Source of the DNA: Strigamia acuminata
Taxonomy: Eukaryota
Assembly: GCA_949358305.1 (NCBI GenBank)
Contig: OX442314.1
Coordinates: 24,800,001-24,864,000, forward strand
Length of the DNA stretch: 64,000 nt
Direction: 5' to 3'
Position numbers and translations under genes: made by a program. This document shows, piece by piece, positions 39,815 through 55,972 of the stretch (position 1 is the first letter of the stretch; the number at the start of each line of letters is the position of its first letter). The notes below the pieces were generated by a model. It saw only the letters and a list, made by a program, of their open reading frames with translations. It was not told where the DNA came from and did not search any database.

Positions 39815-42800
39815 CTAAACCTTTTCAAAAAGAACTTTCATGTCATTTAACGAGCGTTCAATTTGACGTGAAAATCGCATAGAATCCTGAAATAAATTAA
39901 TTACCGCAATTAGATTGATCTGTTTATTTATTTATTTTTGAAGTTCTTACTGTTTCCGGTGATGACTTTTTGCTTGAAATATGAAAAAACAGCATATTCT
40001 CACCAGCTATGATATACGACACACCATAACCATCATCCGCCACCTTTTAATGCAAACAATAGTTTAGAAATTGAAATATAAAGGCTGGGACACGAGTTTT
40101 GTGCATCTGAGGCGACTATTTTAAATTGCACCGATCAAAAATTAGAAATAAAAATGGTCTTTGAACACTTAAACGTGTTTTTAGTATAAAAATGTAAAGA
40201 CAAAAAAATACTTCAAGTGCTAAAAAAATCGTTTGAAAAATTCATCTTTTTGTACGTAAAAAATATTGTTTCAGCACGTTAATGCTCTTTTTGCACGTAA
40301 AAATCTACTTATTCGCTCATTATTGCACTTTTTACACGTAAAAATCGATTATTTTGGCACAAAATTTACTTTTTGGCCCAAATAAGAATGTTTAAACCAA
40401 AAAATATATTTTTTAGATGAATTATTACGAATTACTTTTTAAATTTAAAAAAAAATAATATATTTTTGATGCAAAAAAGTATCCCCATAGCAAATGCATT
40501 TCAACATACAAAAATGTCATTTCTTAGACCAAAAAATGTATTTCTCCCAAGATTGCCGCCCCAGTTGCCACAAAAAAAAGTCTTTCATATCTTACCGGGC
40601 CAAACCCGCCTCCCGAAGAGATATAATCTGGATGCTTCGCAAGATCTAATCTACTCGTTTGGCCCTGCGGAGTCTGGCTCGTTGATAAACGCCACGGCTC
40701 GCTGAGCACCTCCTTCAAGAACGGCGAATCCAACTCGAGATATTTCGAGATTACGTACAAACAAAACAAATGACGATCGATGCCTTTCCCGCACATCGCA
40801 TCTTGGTAACCCCGCTGATGCACTTTGCACGCCGCCTGTAGCAATAAAATTCTCTCCTCTTTCTGCAAAATTCATCCACAATTTAAATAAATAACTAACA
40901 AAATTAAATACAACCTCCATCTTACTGATTTAGTGTTATCTTCCATAGCTTTCACCCACTCGCTCGACTCAACAGTGCACGGTCGCACAGTTTCAGTGCG
41001 CCCCTCGCGGTACAGTCGAGTCATTGATGCTTCGTACGTCAAGTTAAATTTTCCAGCGTCCTGAGATTAAAAAGATTTTTTTTTTAATTCAATTAAGTTG
41101 ATTTTAATTCTCAAAACTAATTTTCTTGCCCTATAATAAGCCAATTGAAGCGCCATCTGAATGAATGCATCGGGACTGACTCGGCATTTCTTCATTAAAC
41201 CTTTCCCGTATTTGTCAAACGCCAAAATATGAAGATCTACGTCAGTTAAAATGCTCACTGCCAATTGCACAGATTGCTGAATTATATCCAAACACTAAAA
41301 CCAAAAGAAAAAAGTTACAAAATCAATCAAATGGTGAATGGAATTCATTTAAATTCGCTACTAACGTCCTGTTTTATGTCCCATTTTAATCGAATGGGCA
41401 GTGGTGGCTCAGATGTGACTGTCCCTTTGCAATGTCCAGTTTCGTCATATCTATATACACAGAAAAATAAATAAATACATTTTCCTTCCCAAAATAACGA
41501 TGTTAATAATTTGAAAAACAAAACAATCATGCAGCTAAAAATGTACCATCAACTGAACTGATCAACTAAATTTGTACAAATTGAAGCCTAAACTGCCATG
41601 CTTTTTATTTTTCAGTTATGGGTTTTATTTAAAACTAATTTTTAAATTTTAGAATATTCTGTTCTAATACCTAAAAATGTCTACTGGTGAATAGGTGTTT
41701 TTAGAGTGCGTAGTAAATTGGTAGAATGTTATTAGTATGTAAAAATAGAGCTATAAGGCCCATTCATAAAGTTATTTAGACTAACCAGCATTTTAAACAA
41801 CGTATTTAAACTGTTAGTCTCGCTCTAACTTCAAAAATGGCGGTCGATTTAGTCTGTTAAACATGCATTTATAAATGCGCCTAAAAGTTTTTGTTAGTAA
41901 AAGATGTTGCTATTAGAGTCATTATACATGCATCTTATATTATATTAATTTAAAAAAAAAACTTAGTTGTATTTTTGTTAAAAATAAATAAATCTGTTGG
42001 CAATTTTAATTTTTTTGAAATATTTAACTTCTAACTTGCAAATCTGCATCAAAAACGACTAAATGTGTATACATGTTCCAGTACAGAAGTGAACACTAGT
42101 TGTGAATACAAAACGTCAACTGTATTCACAACTATACTAGAATTAGCACATCACTTGTTAGGCCCCAAAAAATGTAAATTTAAATTTATTTTGTCTGTTC
42201 CAAACTAACACTCGATTAAATATTTAAATATCAAATTAAAAAGCCGTAATGTTAAATTAGAAACCCTATGGTAATCCATTTACCCATCACGATCATCAGC
42301 CAAAGCATTTTCCCAAAGATGTCCCATGATGGGCGCATCGGCCCTAATCAATTAAAAACAAAATTAACAAAAAATCGTAAAAACGTAATACCAAATTAAA
42401 ATAAAAATACAAAAATCTCCCATCAAGTAACGCTAGCTGAAATAAAAACAAGCAGAAACAGGAAAACGTACTTAGTGTAGTAACAAGATTGTGCCGGCGA
42501 ATTTGCTGCATTCAAAATGTGTTATTGCAGTAAGACATTTTTGGTTTAGGTTTTAACAAGAATAAACTACAACATACATACACACATTAAAGAGAATATA
42601 TAAAAATAAAAGAAAATTCTGCTCATGACCTCCCTGTCAAGAAATGAAATTTTACCCTGTTAAAAATAAGTCTTCGCTGAACACATATTCCCACATGTGC
42701 GCCATGACAGCAGCATCCGCCCTAAAACATCATAATAAACATCTTAAAGAATTTCAATGTATTATTTACACAAACTATCACACAATTAGAACAAAATAAT

Positions 42801-45771
42801 TATTAACGAGGAAAAATGCATTTAGACGCCAACAAATGTACATTTTAGGGCTAAAAATTAATTATTTTAGGTAGAAAATGCGAATTTTAGGCCGTAAATG
42901 CACTTATGTTCAAAATTTATCCTTTTAGACCAAAAACTTCAATTCATTTTTTAAACACAAAATTGCCGTTTTTACTGGAAAAAATGCACAAAAAGGATGA
43001 AAAATGCTATTTCAGACCCTAAAGCAAATACTATTTAACTCACCATGAATGCTCAGCATTAAAACCGACCTAAAATTTCAACAACAAAAAAATTAATCAA
43101 AAATTTAAAATAAAATAAAAATCAACAAATCAATAATCAAATTATTTACTCTGCCATTTTTAGCAACTACTAAATTGAAAGACTTGTCGAACCAGCGATC
43201 ATAACCTTTTCCATGCAGCAAAACTCGTGCAAAATGATCTAGTTTTGAAGGATCCGCCTAAACACCAACCCAAAATAAACAAAATAAATAAATAAGCAAA
43301 TAAAAACTAAATCAATTGCTCAAAAATCACAGGATCGTAATGAAATTCTTCATCCTCCAAAACAACACAAAAAGCTGCTCTCTCAATTGCGTGTAACGAT
43401 GTTTTATTAATACCCGTAGAAAAATACGCCGCTCTCGCCATGGCCCACGTTGGCCTGAAAAACATCATTTCATTAACACTTATTCACCAGTAAACAAGGA
43501 GACTGCGCTTTCTCAACCAAATCAACGTTAAAAATCCTCTTTTCCTCAACAATTTTACAAAAATATCCCAAATTTCTTTGACATTATTCGTTCATTCACC
43601 AATAACGATCACAAAACCCAATTTCCCATCATAAAACACCAAAATCTTGATATTTTACACAAAAACGCAGTCTCTAACGTCATTTTATCACCGTTCAGCA
43701 GCCGTTAATGCCGCAAGATGCTCTTCTCCTTTCTCCGGTCGTGCCTCGGTATCGTCGAGAATCTTTTGTATTTGCCATTCAATTTCCGCCGGTGACAACA
43801 ACAGCCCACGATGGTGAACGTACACCTTATAGTAGCAACCACGGCAATACACCGATACGTGTGTAGAATCATTCATATGTGCAACTTTATCTGAAAACGA
43901 CAAAAATGTAGAGCAAACTTAACTTTTACCGCGTAATTTTTACCAGTCTCGATGCCAGGAAGGCGCGTAGTGTTAAAAACGCGTTCGTATTGCCACGAAC
44001 ACAGCGGGACGACGCCTTGTACCAAAATCTAAAAACATTACAATTAATATTCCAAGTTATTTTAGTTTTAATATACGATATACCGGTTGCAATTCTTGTC
44101 TCTCGATGGATCGGCGAAAGAGAATGCACGAATGAATGATCATTGCCGCTCGGGCTGCCTGGATTCTAGTCGGGTGTACCATAATGGCATCCATACCGTA
44201 AAAATTACTGTTCACCATAATTGAAGAACGACCTCGTAGGTATACATACTCTTCCCACCAATCGGATACCTTAAAGAGATAACAAAGTATAATTTTTATA
44301 ATTATTTATATATATATTTTTTTAAATTAAATACAAAATTGGGATTTTTTTCTTACGTAATTAGTAGCCCACCATGATTTGAGTATCAAATATCGCTGTA
44401 AACGCGGTGCGATCGTTCTTTGGAAGTCGCACGCTAATCTTTCCATTCGTGAGTATTTTTCATCATCCAATAACGGACGTACAGATCTTAAATACTAAAA
44501 AAAAAATTTTAAAAAAAAATTAATAAATAAAAATTAAATAATAAAAATTTAAAAAATTATCTATAATATTTTGTTGTGATGCAAAAATCATACTGGTCAG
44601 TGACCAAATGATTTATGAACCCTGATATTTTAAAAAAAATAAATAAATTGGATTTTGATTGCACTTTGATTCGAGTGAAAAAAACAAAAACAAATAAAAA
44701 AAATAGACAAATTTTGGCGATTTGCATTACCCGTTGCATTGTATCTTGTATGGCCGGAACGGGTAATCGAGGTAGAGACGCCTGAAAACTGTGCAGTTGA
44801 GGTTTCCTTCCCGAAAGTATTTTTACTGCCAACTAAAAATCAAAAAAAAATTAAAAATTAAATAAAATGAATTAAAATAAATTGAATTTACCAGCCAGAA
44901 CTTCGTCTTCCTGCTTATACTGGCTCCTTTACACCGTGATTCATACATCCAGCCTTTGTAAACTAACAAAGCTTTAAGTACGTGTTGCAGAAATAAAATC
45001 ACCAACCACCAAGCCAAAATGCCGTATAAAAAACAACTTAGAAAAAAGGAAATTGTCGAACCTAAAAAAAATCTAAAAAAAAATAATTAAATAAACATAA
45101 AAAAAAATTTTAAAATAATTTAAATTATTATAAACCTTAATATTTTCTCTTGAATGGTGTAAACATAGCCACCAGACACATCAATTCCCGCATATATAAG
45201 GGCTGTAACGATACTGATGGTAATAAGTAGAGTTTGCAATGACGCCGGATAAATCCCATTTTCAACATTATTCTAAAAAATAAAAAATAATAATTAATAA
45301 ACTAATTAAAATCAATTTCAAACACATATTTTCCAACTTTTAACCCATTATTCACTATAAACACGCATTAGAACAAACACCTTCAACGTTATTTTAATCC
45401 TTTTGAAAGAAAACCGTTGCCTCATCCTCTCAAAACATATAAATTCAAAAAGAATAACATACAATATCAAAAAATCATCGATGAACGTTTAAGAAAAATA
45501 TAAAACATAAGAATAATAATTAAAAGCAACAATTTCCACTTCGCCATGGAAACAAACAATATCGTTTCCATGACGACTCAATAATTGAATTATTTTCAAC
45601 TTTAAATCGCGTTTCAACCGCCAAAAACACCTTGAATCTGATTAAACGTTTCCTCCACGACCGCACGCCACTGCTCCACACAAGATGGAGAACTTCGTGA
45701 TCAAAGTTGACGTGAACTCCTTCGTGTGTGACGCTGAATGAGAAAGCAACAGCAGCATGGGCTTCGGCCAT
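39815..45771 (-). CDS. CPT1: Carnitine O-palmitoyltransferase 1 (CPT1/withered-like)
   Basis: Exons 45771-45631, 45272-45136, 45072-44892, 44832-44731, 44494-44357, 44269-44084, 44028-43944, 43890-43692, 43454-43331, 43257-43150, 43069-43044, [42721-42656 or 42343-42284], 41450-41366, 41294-41130, 41060-40926, 40862-40596, 40043-39951, 39886-39815. Motifs: [74 protein letters not shown]. Confidence 0.97.
41757..41883. mobile_element. Short PIF/Harbinger-like MITE; inverted, uninterrupted relative of the element at ~22160-22669
   Basis: Ends aggcccattcataaa / tttataaatgcgcct; internal sequence matches 22245-22269 plus 22587-22669. Confidence 0.65.
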
Positions 45772-47354
45772 CCTAGCTGACGATACGACGCTTTATTTCA
45801 CGAGTTTGTGAGTTTTATCTATTAAAAAAAAAAAAAAATTAGAAAAAAAATTAATTCAATTAATGGACCTTTGGTTAGTCAATGAAAGTTCATTGATATT
45901 AATAAATAAATTAAATGTAAACACAATTTTTTTCCCCCGTAATAACAGATAAGAGAATGTAAATACTATCTACACAGCAAATATTTATAATACGCCGCAC
46001 GTATATTCGGGAACAGGAAGTGAGTAAAATAATATCAATAACAGCTGTTAATTAATTTAATATTTGGCACACTAACAAGTGGTCCGTCAATGCGAGCTAA
46101 TTGGATCGAGTGGATTGAAAAAATAGCAGATTTCGTCGATTAATTAACATTTTGATTTTTAACATTTTTGAAATTAAATCTTAACACCTGTGGATGGTTT
46201 TTGGAAGCTTAATTATAATTTGGTTCGTAGTTATGCACGAAAATGAGCATTTTTTAAACTATTTTTTCGGTCGAAACGCCAATTAAAATGTGTTTGAAGT
46301 AATAGGCACAAATCCAAACCACTTTGCACAAGTTATTAACCAAATTGACCGTTTTATTCCAATCCAGACGTCCAATTTGCATCAGAATTGAGTCAATTGA
46401 ATGCCAAAAAGATCCTGCAATGTTAAAAAAGAAAGAAAAAATCATCAAAAATTAATTTCAATACCATACACAATCGATAAATCTTCCAATATTTCACAAC
46501 GCACCAACAAGATTAATAGAAAGAAAGCGGAAATAAGTTCCCCAGTCATAAATTGGAAACTCTAGAGCGAGCGGCTTACCTACTGTATTTGGCTCGGCCT
46601 GTGAAACTAGAGCGCGTGGTGGGGAGAAGGGGAGACTGTGGTAGTATACGTAAGCACAATATTTACACAAAAATAAGATTAAATCCCGATTCGATCAATA
46701 AATAATCACACAATTTTTCTTTTGCTTATAGTTTTTTTACTTCCCACAATTAAAACAAAACATTTTACTTCAAATTTTAAATTTTTTTTTTTAAATTTGA
46801 TTTTTTGCTTTCCCATTTCGTCACTAGTTGTTAAGTTATGTACCCCCCGAACTGTTGACCTTGATTTAGCCCATCCTTTAGGCTACCACAGGTGACCCCT
46901 TAAACTTCCTGGTTCTGGTTACATCTGCAATAATTCGACATGACTTTTTGTCACCATTTCATGCCCAATTTTTCTAAATTTGAAGGAATTTTCATCCAAA
47001 TAAAAAACAACAATTTTTTTTTTTTTTTTAAATCAATTATTAATAGTCAATTTTTCAAAACTATGACCTGGATTAATTCCAAGTTTGGGGAACTCGGTTC
47101 CCCATTCAAAAATAGACGGACGAGACTTAAAGTTTAAATCATTTGAGGTTTTTTCGTGTTGGTTAGAAATTGGTGGAAACAGACGAGGTGGGGATTGGGT
47201 GAGATGATACTTAACGATTCGCCACTAAATCAATCAATACAACTAATGGGGCACATTAAAACTGACTGAAAATAATGTGTATGGAAATGGGTGAAGTTCT
47301 AGTGTTAAGTTTTATACGAATAAAGGCGTACTTGCTTCGAAATGATAGTATTTA

Positions 47355-47455
47355 GCTCACCTGCTGCAGGAGAAAACAGAACTCGAAAACCTAAAGCTCA
47401 TGCACTGATCGTAGCGCCGTATGCGCATGCGTTTGTTGACGATGGCGGCGCTAGC
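47355..47455 (-). promoter_or_regulatory. Probable CPT1 core promoter and first non-coding exon
   Basis: Minus-strand initiator ATCAGT (47404-47409), donor CAG|GTGAG at ~47360, NRF1/Ewg-like TGCGCATGCG (47422-47431), YY1-like GATGGCGGCG (47441-47450); a second candidate UTR donor at ~46578 and an acceptor at ~45819. Confidence 0.5.
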
Positions 47456-48765
47456 GCCAATGTTGATCAACGATGAAATGCATAACTATTATATCACATG
47501 TACTCGCACATGTGAAAATTTTATTTTATATTTTATGCAAATCACTATGAGGTATAAATATTCTCGTCCACCAAGTTTAGTGCCCATTTCACAAGTGATT
47601 TCAACAGAAAGTGAAAAATTGAAAAAATGAACACCGCTTCAGCAGCCTGGGATGCAGCGAACGAGGCATCCAAGGTTACTTGGCATCAACCACTGCATCA
47701 ACCAGTCAACCAATTAATTAGGTTTGAGGTATTTCATTTTTTATAAAATCATTTTATAAAATGTATTTCAGGTATGTACAGTATGTACATTATTTTTAAT
47801 TTTTTTTTTTAGTTAGAAAACGATAGTATTGTACGTTTATTCGGCGCAACCATAGTTCATGTAGAAAGTCAAGCAGTCAGGAAATCAAGATTTCATACGG
47901 ATTTAATGGTGTTAACTACTAACTTATGTATTTTGTTTGTGATTTATTCACGTGTTTTGTTATACGTACTATTGTATTGAAATAACGAATTGTTCATATT
48001 AATGTCTGTTTAATGTCTGTTTAGTTGAGACGGGCTATTTTTTTAAAACTACTTTTGATAAGATTATAACGTACCAATACGAAAAAAGAAACGAAAAATA
48101 AAATCATTATATTTGCTATTTTTGCTATATTGTAGTTGATTTTTTGGAGAAAGTGGCCGGGTAGGGTAAGGGCTAAAGTTTGGCTGGATTTCAATTGAGT
48201 AAACAAAAGAATTTAAAAAATAAAATAAAAATAAAGTTTAAAAAAGTTCAGAAATTGATTGGGACAAACAGAAATTGATTTTTAAATTAAAAAAAAAATT
48301 ATTTAAAAATTAGAATTAAGAAAAAAAAAAGAATTTACATGGCAGGTACCGGAGGGTTTTGAACTGGAAATAAAATACAAACACAACTCTCATGCATTAT
48401 TTTTTTTACTGCATAGCATCATTTTTTAAAAAAATAAAATCGGAGATGTTTTTGTTGGATTGAACAATATACATTTGGAATGTATGGTCAACTCGACACT
48501 GATTGGTCGAGTGACCCGTCATGTTTAGAAAACGTGACATTATTGGGGGTATTTTAACCCCCAAACCATTGTTGAATAAATAATCAGATTCAGTTCATCT
48601 TAAGCATTGTCGTATACACTTCATTCATTCTTGCATAACTTCAGTTTTGGAATGTTTTACAATCATTTATTTACATTAATATTCAACTATTCACAAAAAA
48701 TAAACAAATTTTTTATATTTTCAATATGAAAAACAACAAATCTCAATTTTAAATTTTAAATTCAT

Positions 48766-49402
48766 TTAAAACGATCCATCTTTGCCCGAACTGAACTGCG
48801 AGACTTCCAACAAAGACAAAACCTGCAAAGGAAATTCTTTATGAATAAAATATTATAAAATTAAAAGGATTTTTCTACCTGTTTATGTTTAGCTCTAATT
48901 TCGAATAATTTTTGCACCGTGTCGTCTGAGGTAATATTAACATTTGTAAAATTTTTCAAAAGTTCCTGTAGGCTCGTTAGCACCTTATCTGCCACAATTA
49001 AACGAGAAATAACGTTTTAACATCAAATTATCGTCAAATTATCAATTGTAATGAACCTAATCTCGGTTTATTTGTAATTTTATGCTTGTTCCTTAACTGC
49101 AGCCACGTGTGAACACACGCGTTATAAAAAGCGATCTGAAAAAGTAGAGAAAATAATGAAATATATTGAATTTAATCGATTAAATAATTACTTCGGATCC
49201 AATTTCGGCTCCTTTCGAAACGCCCAACTGAAATCCATCAATTAATCCAACTTCTTTTCCCTTTGAAATTCCTTCAGCGTAACCAATATCGTAATTCCTT
49301 TTGGTACAAAAAAAATCATAAAATGCGCCAATTAATTTATATTAATTCGTACTTTTCTTCCACGAGACAAATGTCATCAAAAATATCATTGATGTCCGCC
49401 AT
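48766..49402 (-). CDS. LTO1: LTO1/ORAOV1 homolog (ABCE1 Fe-S maturation factor, Yae1_N family)
   Basis: Exons 49402-49353, 49297-49192, 49135-49057, 48988-48879, 48822-48766. MADINDIFDDICLVEEKNYDIGYAEGISKGKEVGLIDGFQLGVSKGAEIGSEIAFY (deca-GX3 motif)...IRAKHKQVLSLL...GSF*. Confidence 0.88.
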
Positions 49403-49740
49403 TTTGGAAGGCATTTTGTTTACCAAAGCCACATTTGTTTCGCGACATCTGATGGTAATTTTTCTAATGTGTATAGCACAATTATTATTTTAAATTTAAT
49501 TTTTACATTTAATAATGAAATAATTTCTTTTGATACTCTTTCTTCCAAATTTTCTTTTCAATAACATTGAGTTATGTGCAAGTTTGAGTCTTAATCTAGA
49601 TGCCGATTAAATATCGATCGTCTGATTCACTCTAGCGACAGAGTTGTGCTAGTTTGTCATTCGTTTTGCCGGTATGTTGCTGTTGTTTCCACGGAATACA
49701 AACCAATTTTAACATTGATTTTTTCTTTAAAACAGCATAA
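49403..49740. promoter_or_regulatory. Bidirectional promoter LTO1/GFUS
   Basis: Divergent start codons 338 bp apart; DRE-like TATCGAT at ~49612. Confidence 0.6.
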
Positions 49741-52066
<2,326 letters not shown>

Positions 52067-53030
52067 AATGATTTTCTTTCACTTTGTTTTCATTTGTCGT
52101 GTGATAACACAAAATATTGAATAAATAAAGTATTAATGGCGTCAAAAATGTCTCTCATCGAGTCGCTCGATGGCGTTAGTTTTATTGCTCATGCTCACCA
52201 GATGTCACATCGGCAGTTTCAATTTTTACTGCTTTTCCCGAGCCTTTTTTCACGGGCTTCATCTCAAAGTTTTACCCGTGTTTACTGCTCTTATAGAATT
52301 ATGAAACACCTTTATACATATTTTAAATAACCAAGTTATTTACGACGATGGGTATACCATCTTTTTATTAACACCTAAGTGATTCCATCAGAAGTGAGTA
52401 TGTTTTTGACAATTTAATTCATCTTTTCTGCATTCATTTCACGTCAGAATTGAATTTGGAGTCAGCATTTCATTTTCAGTCGAAAGAAATATCATTAAGA
52501 TGTTGAAGTATCAAAAATATAAAATTAAATAAATAAATTTGTGATTAGGGTTTAATTGGATATTTTAATATTTAAAAAATGGCTGATAATTTAAATCTAA
52601 TGAAAACGGTTGAAGGTGAGCTTTACTGCAATTCCGCAATTTGATGAAATTCGACATCAATTTATATTTGTTATAAATTAATAGTGTTGAATTATTAGCG
52701 TTGAAAAGACGGAAATAAATTGAAAAATTAAGGTTTAGCTTTATTATTGGCCTTTATTATTTTCTTTTTGTTTTTTGTTTTATTGATTATAAAATAAAAC
52801 TGAATGCTATTTCAGGAAATCTGGACGTTTGATCATTATTTTCAGTTCTGCTCCTTTGAGCTTTGCTGCGATGCATCAGCCAATAAAATGTCATTTTATC
52901 GCGTCAATTACTAATTAGAAACATAAAACGACAACATTAAACACGTCCACATTTCTTGTCGATGGGATATTACATTTATTTTATTTTATTTTTAATTTTT
53001 GTTTATTTTAAATTTATGATTAATTACAGT

Positions 53031-55324
53031 ATGAGCAGTTTTGCTATCGGTGTGACAGTCATTGGAATTCTTGGCATCATCGGAGCACTTCTTGTTTTGA
53101 TTTGTCGCTATCTCGGTCTCTGGACTTGGATTTTTAATTGGATAGTCAGTCCTAACGAGGAAAAGGTTCAGCTTACTAAAAGCAGGCAATTTAACGCCAA
53201 CGGTTATATGGTATATATCATCTTGTTAGTTAATTTTGTTTACCCATTTCAACTCGTTTTGTTTAACCAATATTCTTTACCGAATTTCAAGAGTAGGTAG
53301 AACTACACAATCGAATAACACTCGTGCTGATATTTATTCTCAGATAAGAGAGACAAACAACCTTATTAGTGATGACATGATTTAAGTAACTCGCATCATT
53401 TGCCTGTCGGATTTGATCGATTAAACGCTTATTTGTTCTTCCAAATTGTAATTAATCAGAAATTTAATATTTTTACTTCAAAATTCAAAGAAAAATAGCA
53501 AAATTTAAACGAAAATTTGCAAGAATTATTTTTAAATTTCATATTTAATGCCAGAGAGAAAGACAGAATTGTTCAATTGAATTACTAGGATACGGGAGAA
53601 TGTTTCTAGGATATGATTTCTATTAAAATTAATAATTTCGATCAATTTTTTCTTTTAAATTGTTGAAAATATGATAAAAATTGATATTTCCAGGTGGGAT
53701 CCGACTCTGATTTCAACCTGGAGACTTCTGGTAATTACCGACGTTATGATAACGTTGAAAACGATTATCGTTTCCACGTTGATGCGAAAAAAGTTGACAT
53801 ACCACCACAGCCGTTACGCCCAGCTCCTGCGCTGCAGGTTAACACATTTTGCATCACTAAAATCACTTCTACAAAATCATACAATCGCACTTTAGGCTCA
53901 GCCATCTGTCGACAGTGTTGCCAGCGAGAAAACCAGTCCACCCTCAGAATTAGGCGATGAAATTGAAGATTTAATACCGAGTTTAAAGCGGGCGATGTCT
54001 TGCGACAGTGTTAATTCGGACACGTCGGTTATATTCGATTCGTTTGATGAAATCCACGTGACCGGCCAATTAGAAATAGGTTTGCAATACGACAGGTAGG
54101 TCCAATGTATTTTTATCGATTGATTTTAATGATTTTTTTATTGGAATTGGTTAGGGAAACTGCTGATCTTATTGTAAGTGTACTGCAAGCGCGGGAGTTG
54201 GGAAATGCAGAGACGAGTTCGTCGGTGGATAGTTATATTCGCGTTTATTTACTGCCGGATAAGACTACAAACATGCAAACTAGGGTATGGATGATGGATT
54301 AATGTGTGGTTGTAGTTTGTAATGAGTTTTTTTTATCATTTAGGTCCAAAAAAACACGGTCGATCCGGTTTTTAAGGAGCGGTTTTTGTTCGGAATTGAA
54401 CCGCACGAGTTGGGCAAACGTGTTTTGTTGTTTTACGCATACACGTGCGATAAATACACAAATACGTTGGTGGGAGAAGCCGAATTGAAGCTTTGTGATA
54501 TTGATTTATCACGCTCGACCAATTTATGGCTTAGTTTAGCCGATTTTAATCACGTAATTTTAAATTTTTTGAAAAGTTTGACTGTTTTTATTTGATTTTA
54601 CGCGAATTTGGCTGTTTTGTGTTTTTTTTTTAATGTAAATTTGGCTGTTTTATGTATTTTTTTAAATTATTAATTTGCTTGATTTTGTTTTGGGTCTTAC
54701 AGAGGTTGGATAATTTGGGCGAGGTGATGTTTTCTTTGAGTTATCTTCCAACAGCTGAGCGATTAACAATAGTTCTTGTTAAAGCACGGAATCTACGATG
54801 GACTCACAATAAAACTGCAGCTGGTACTATTTGGATTGTCCACATTTTTTTTTCTTTTTTCAATTTTTATCAATTTTTTTTTCAATTATATTTTAGATCC
54901 GTTTGTTAAAGTTTATCTCCTACAAAATGAGAAAAAAGTTAGCAAGAAAAAAACATCAGTTAAAAGAGATGAACGTAATCCGATTTTCAACGAAGCCATG
55001 ATTTTTTCCGTACCTTCGCATCTTTTACAGGTATTTACAAACATAAAAAAAACTCCACTTGCTGTCCCTTGCGCTTTCCTGTCTTACTACGTTTCTACCC
55101 CATGCGCTTTGCTGCACTGCACAACTAATACCCCTAATTATTTCTAGACCGTGCAGTTGCGAATAACCATGGCAGAATTTCAAGCAGATGGACGTGCTCC
55201 TTCAATCGGCCACGTGTTCGTTGGTGCCCAATCAAGCGGCAAAGAGTTGTCCCACTGGAATCAGATGATGTCTTCGCTACGCAAGCCTATAGCCATGTGG
55301 CATCCATTGCGCAAGTCAAAATGA
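53031..55324 (+). CDS. SYT12: Synaptotagmin-12-like (TM plus tandem C2 domains, Ca2+-independent type)
   Basis: Exons 53031-53210, 53694-53837, 53896-54095, 54155-54284, 54344-54553, 54703-54823, 54897-55030, 55148-55324. N-terminal TM; LKRAMSCDSVNS linker; SLSYLPTAERLT, DPFVKVYLLQ..KKKTSVKRDERNPIFNEAMIFSVP, HWNQMMSSLRKPIAMWH; most Ca2+-binding aspartates absent. Confidence 0.85.
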
Positions 55325-55972
55325 AGCGGAAGCATACAACATACCAAACACCTAGTGTATTGATTCGTGCATTATATACAAATATACAACTCTAAAATAA
55401 AACTTGGTTTTTAATATATACCATTTTAAATACATCTGGCTGCCAAAATATTGTTCAGTGAATGTAGTGCATGTAGAATTTGACTAAAAACGACCAAGTT
55501 GGGTTTTGATATAATTTTTGAGGACTGTAGATGTTAATTATATCGATTTTACATCTTGTATCTTGTGAAAAAAAAATTAAGTATATAGTACATTATATAC
55601 GATATTATTTTACACTGCACATATCGTAATCGTAAAGTGAAGTACTGTCAGTTAATAAAGATATAAAACCACTCATCGATTATTTCTTTATTTCTGTTTT
55701 ATTTCAACATTTAATTACAATTTATAAACCAACAAAACGCATCTTTTGGACAATAAGTCATGCCTGGTGTGTTACATTTCAGATTTAATTTAACACGAGT
55801 TTACAACACTATTTCTGGCGCCTTTGCAACTAAATACTGTAAATTTACATGTTTGTTTATTTATATTTTTTTTTACATAACTTTAACATGATTAATTAAC
55901 AAATATTCTCAAAATAGTTATAAATGCATTATGATATAACTGTATATTATATATATATATATATTGAAAGTT

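Noticed and set aside
42097..42134. 14-bp perfect inverted repeat downstream of CPT1 exon B as a splicing structure
   Set aside because: Local hairpin resembling a collapsed MITE; it does not bridge the alternative exons
42470..42510. Possible third or poison exon between the CPT1 alternative exons
   Set aside because: Weak acceptor, no similarity to exons A/B, and no independent support
47640..47690. Hairpin upstream of the CPT1 promoter as a pre-miRNA
   Set aside because: Stem of only about 14 imperfect bp and no recognisable miRNA seed family
48338..48372. tRNA/SINE-like 3' end on the minus strand (gttcaaaaccctccggtacctgcca)
   Set aside because: No D-arm, anticodon arm or A-box; the cloverleaf cannot be built
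52579..52615. Upstream ATG exon (MADNLNLMKTVE) as a synaptotagmin N-terminal extension
   Set aside because: Direct splicing to the acceptor at 53029 gives an immediate stop; could be UTR/uORF or need an unseen exon
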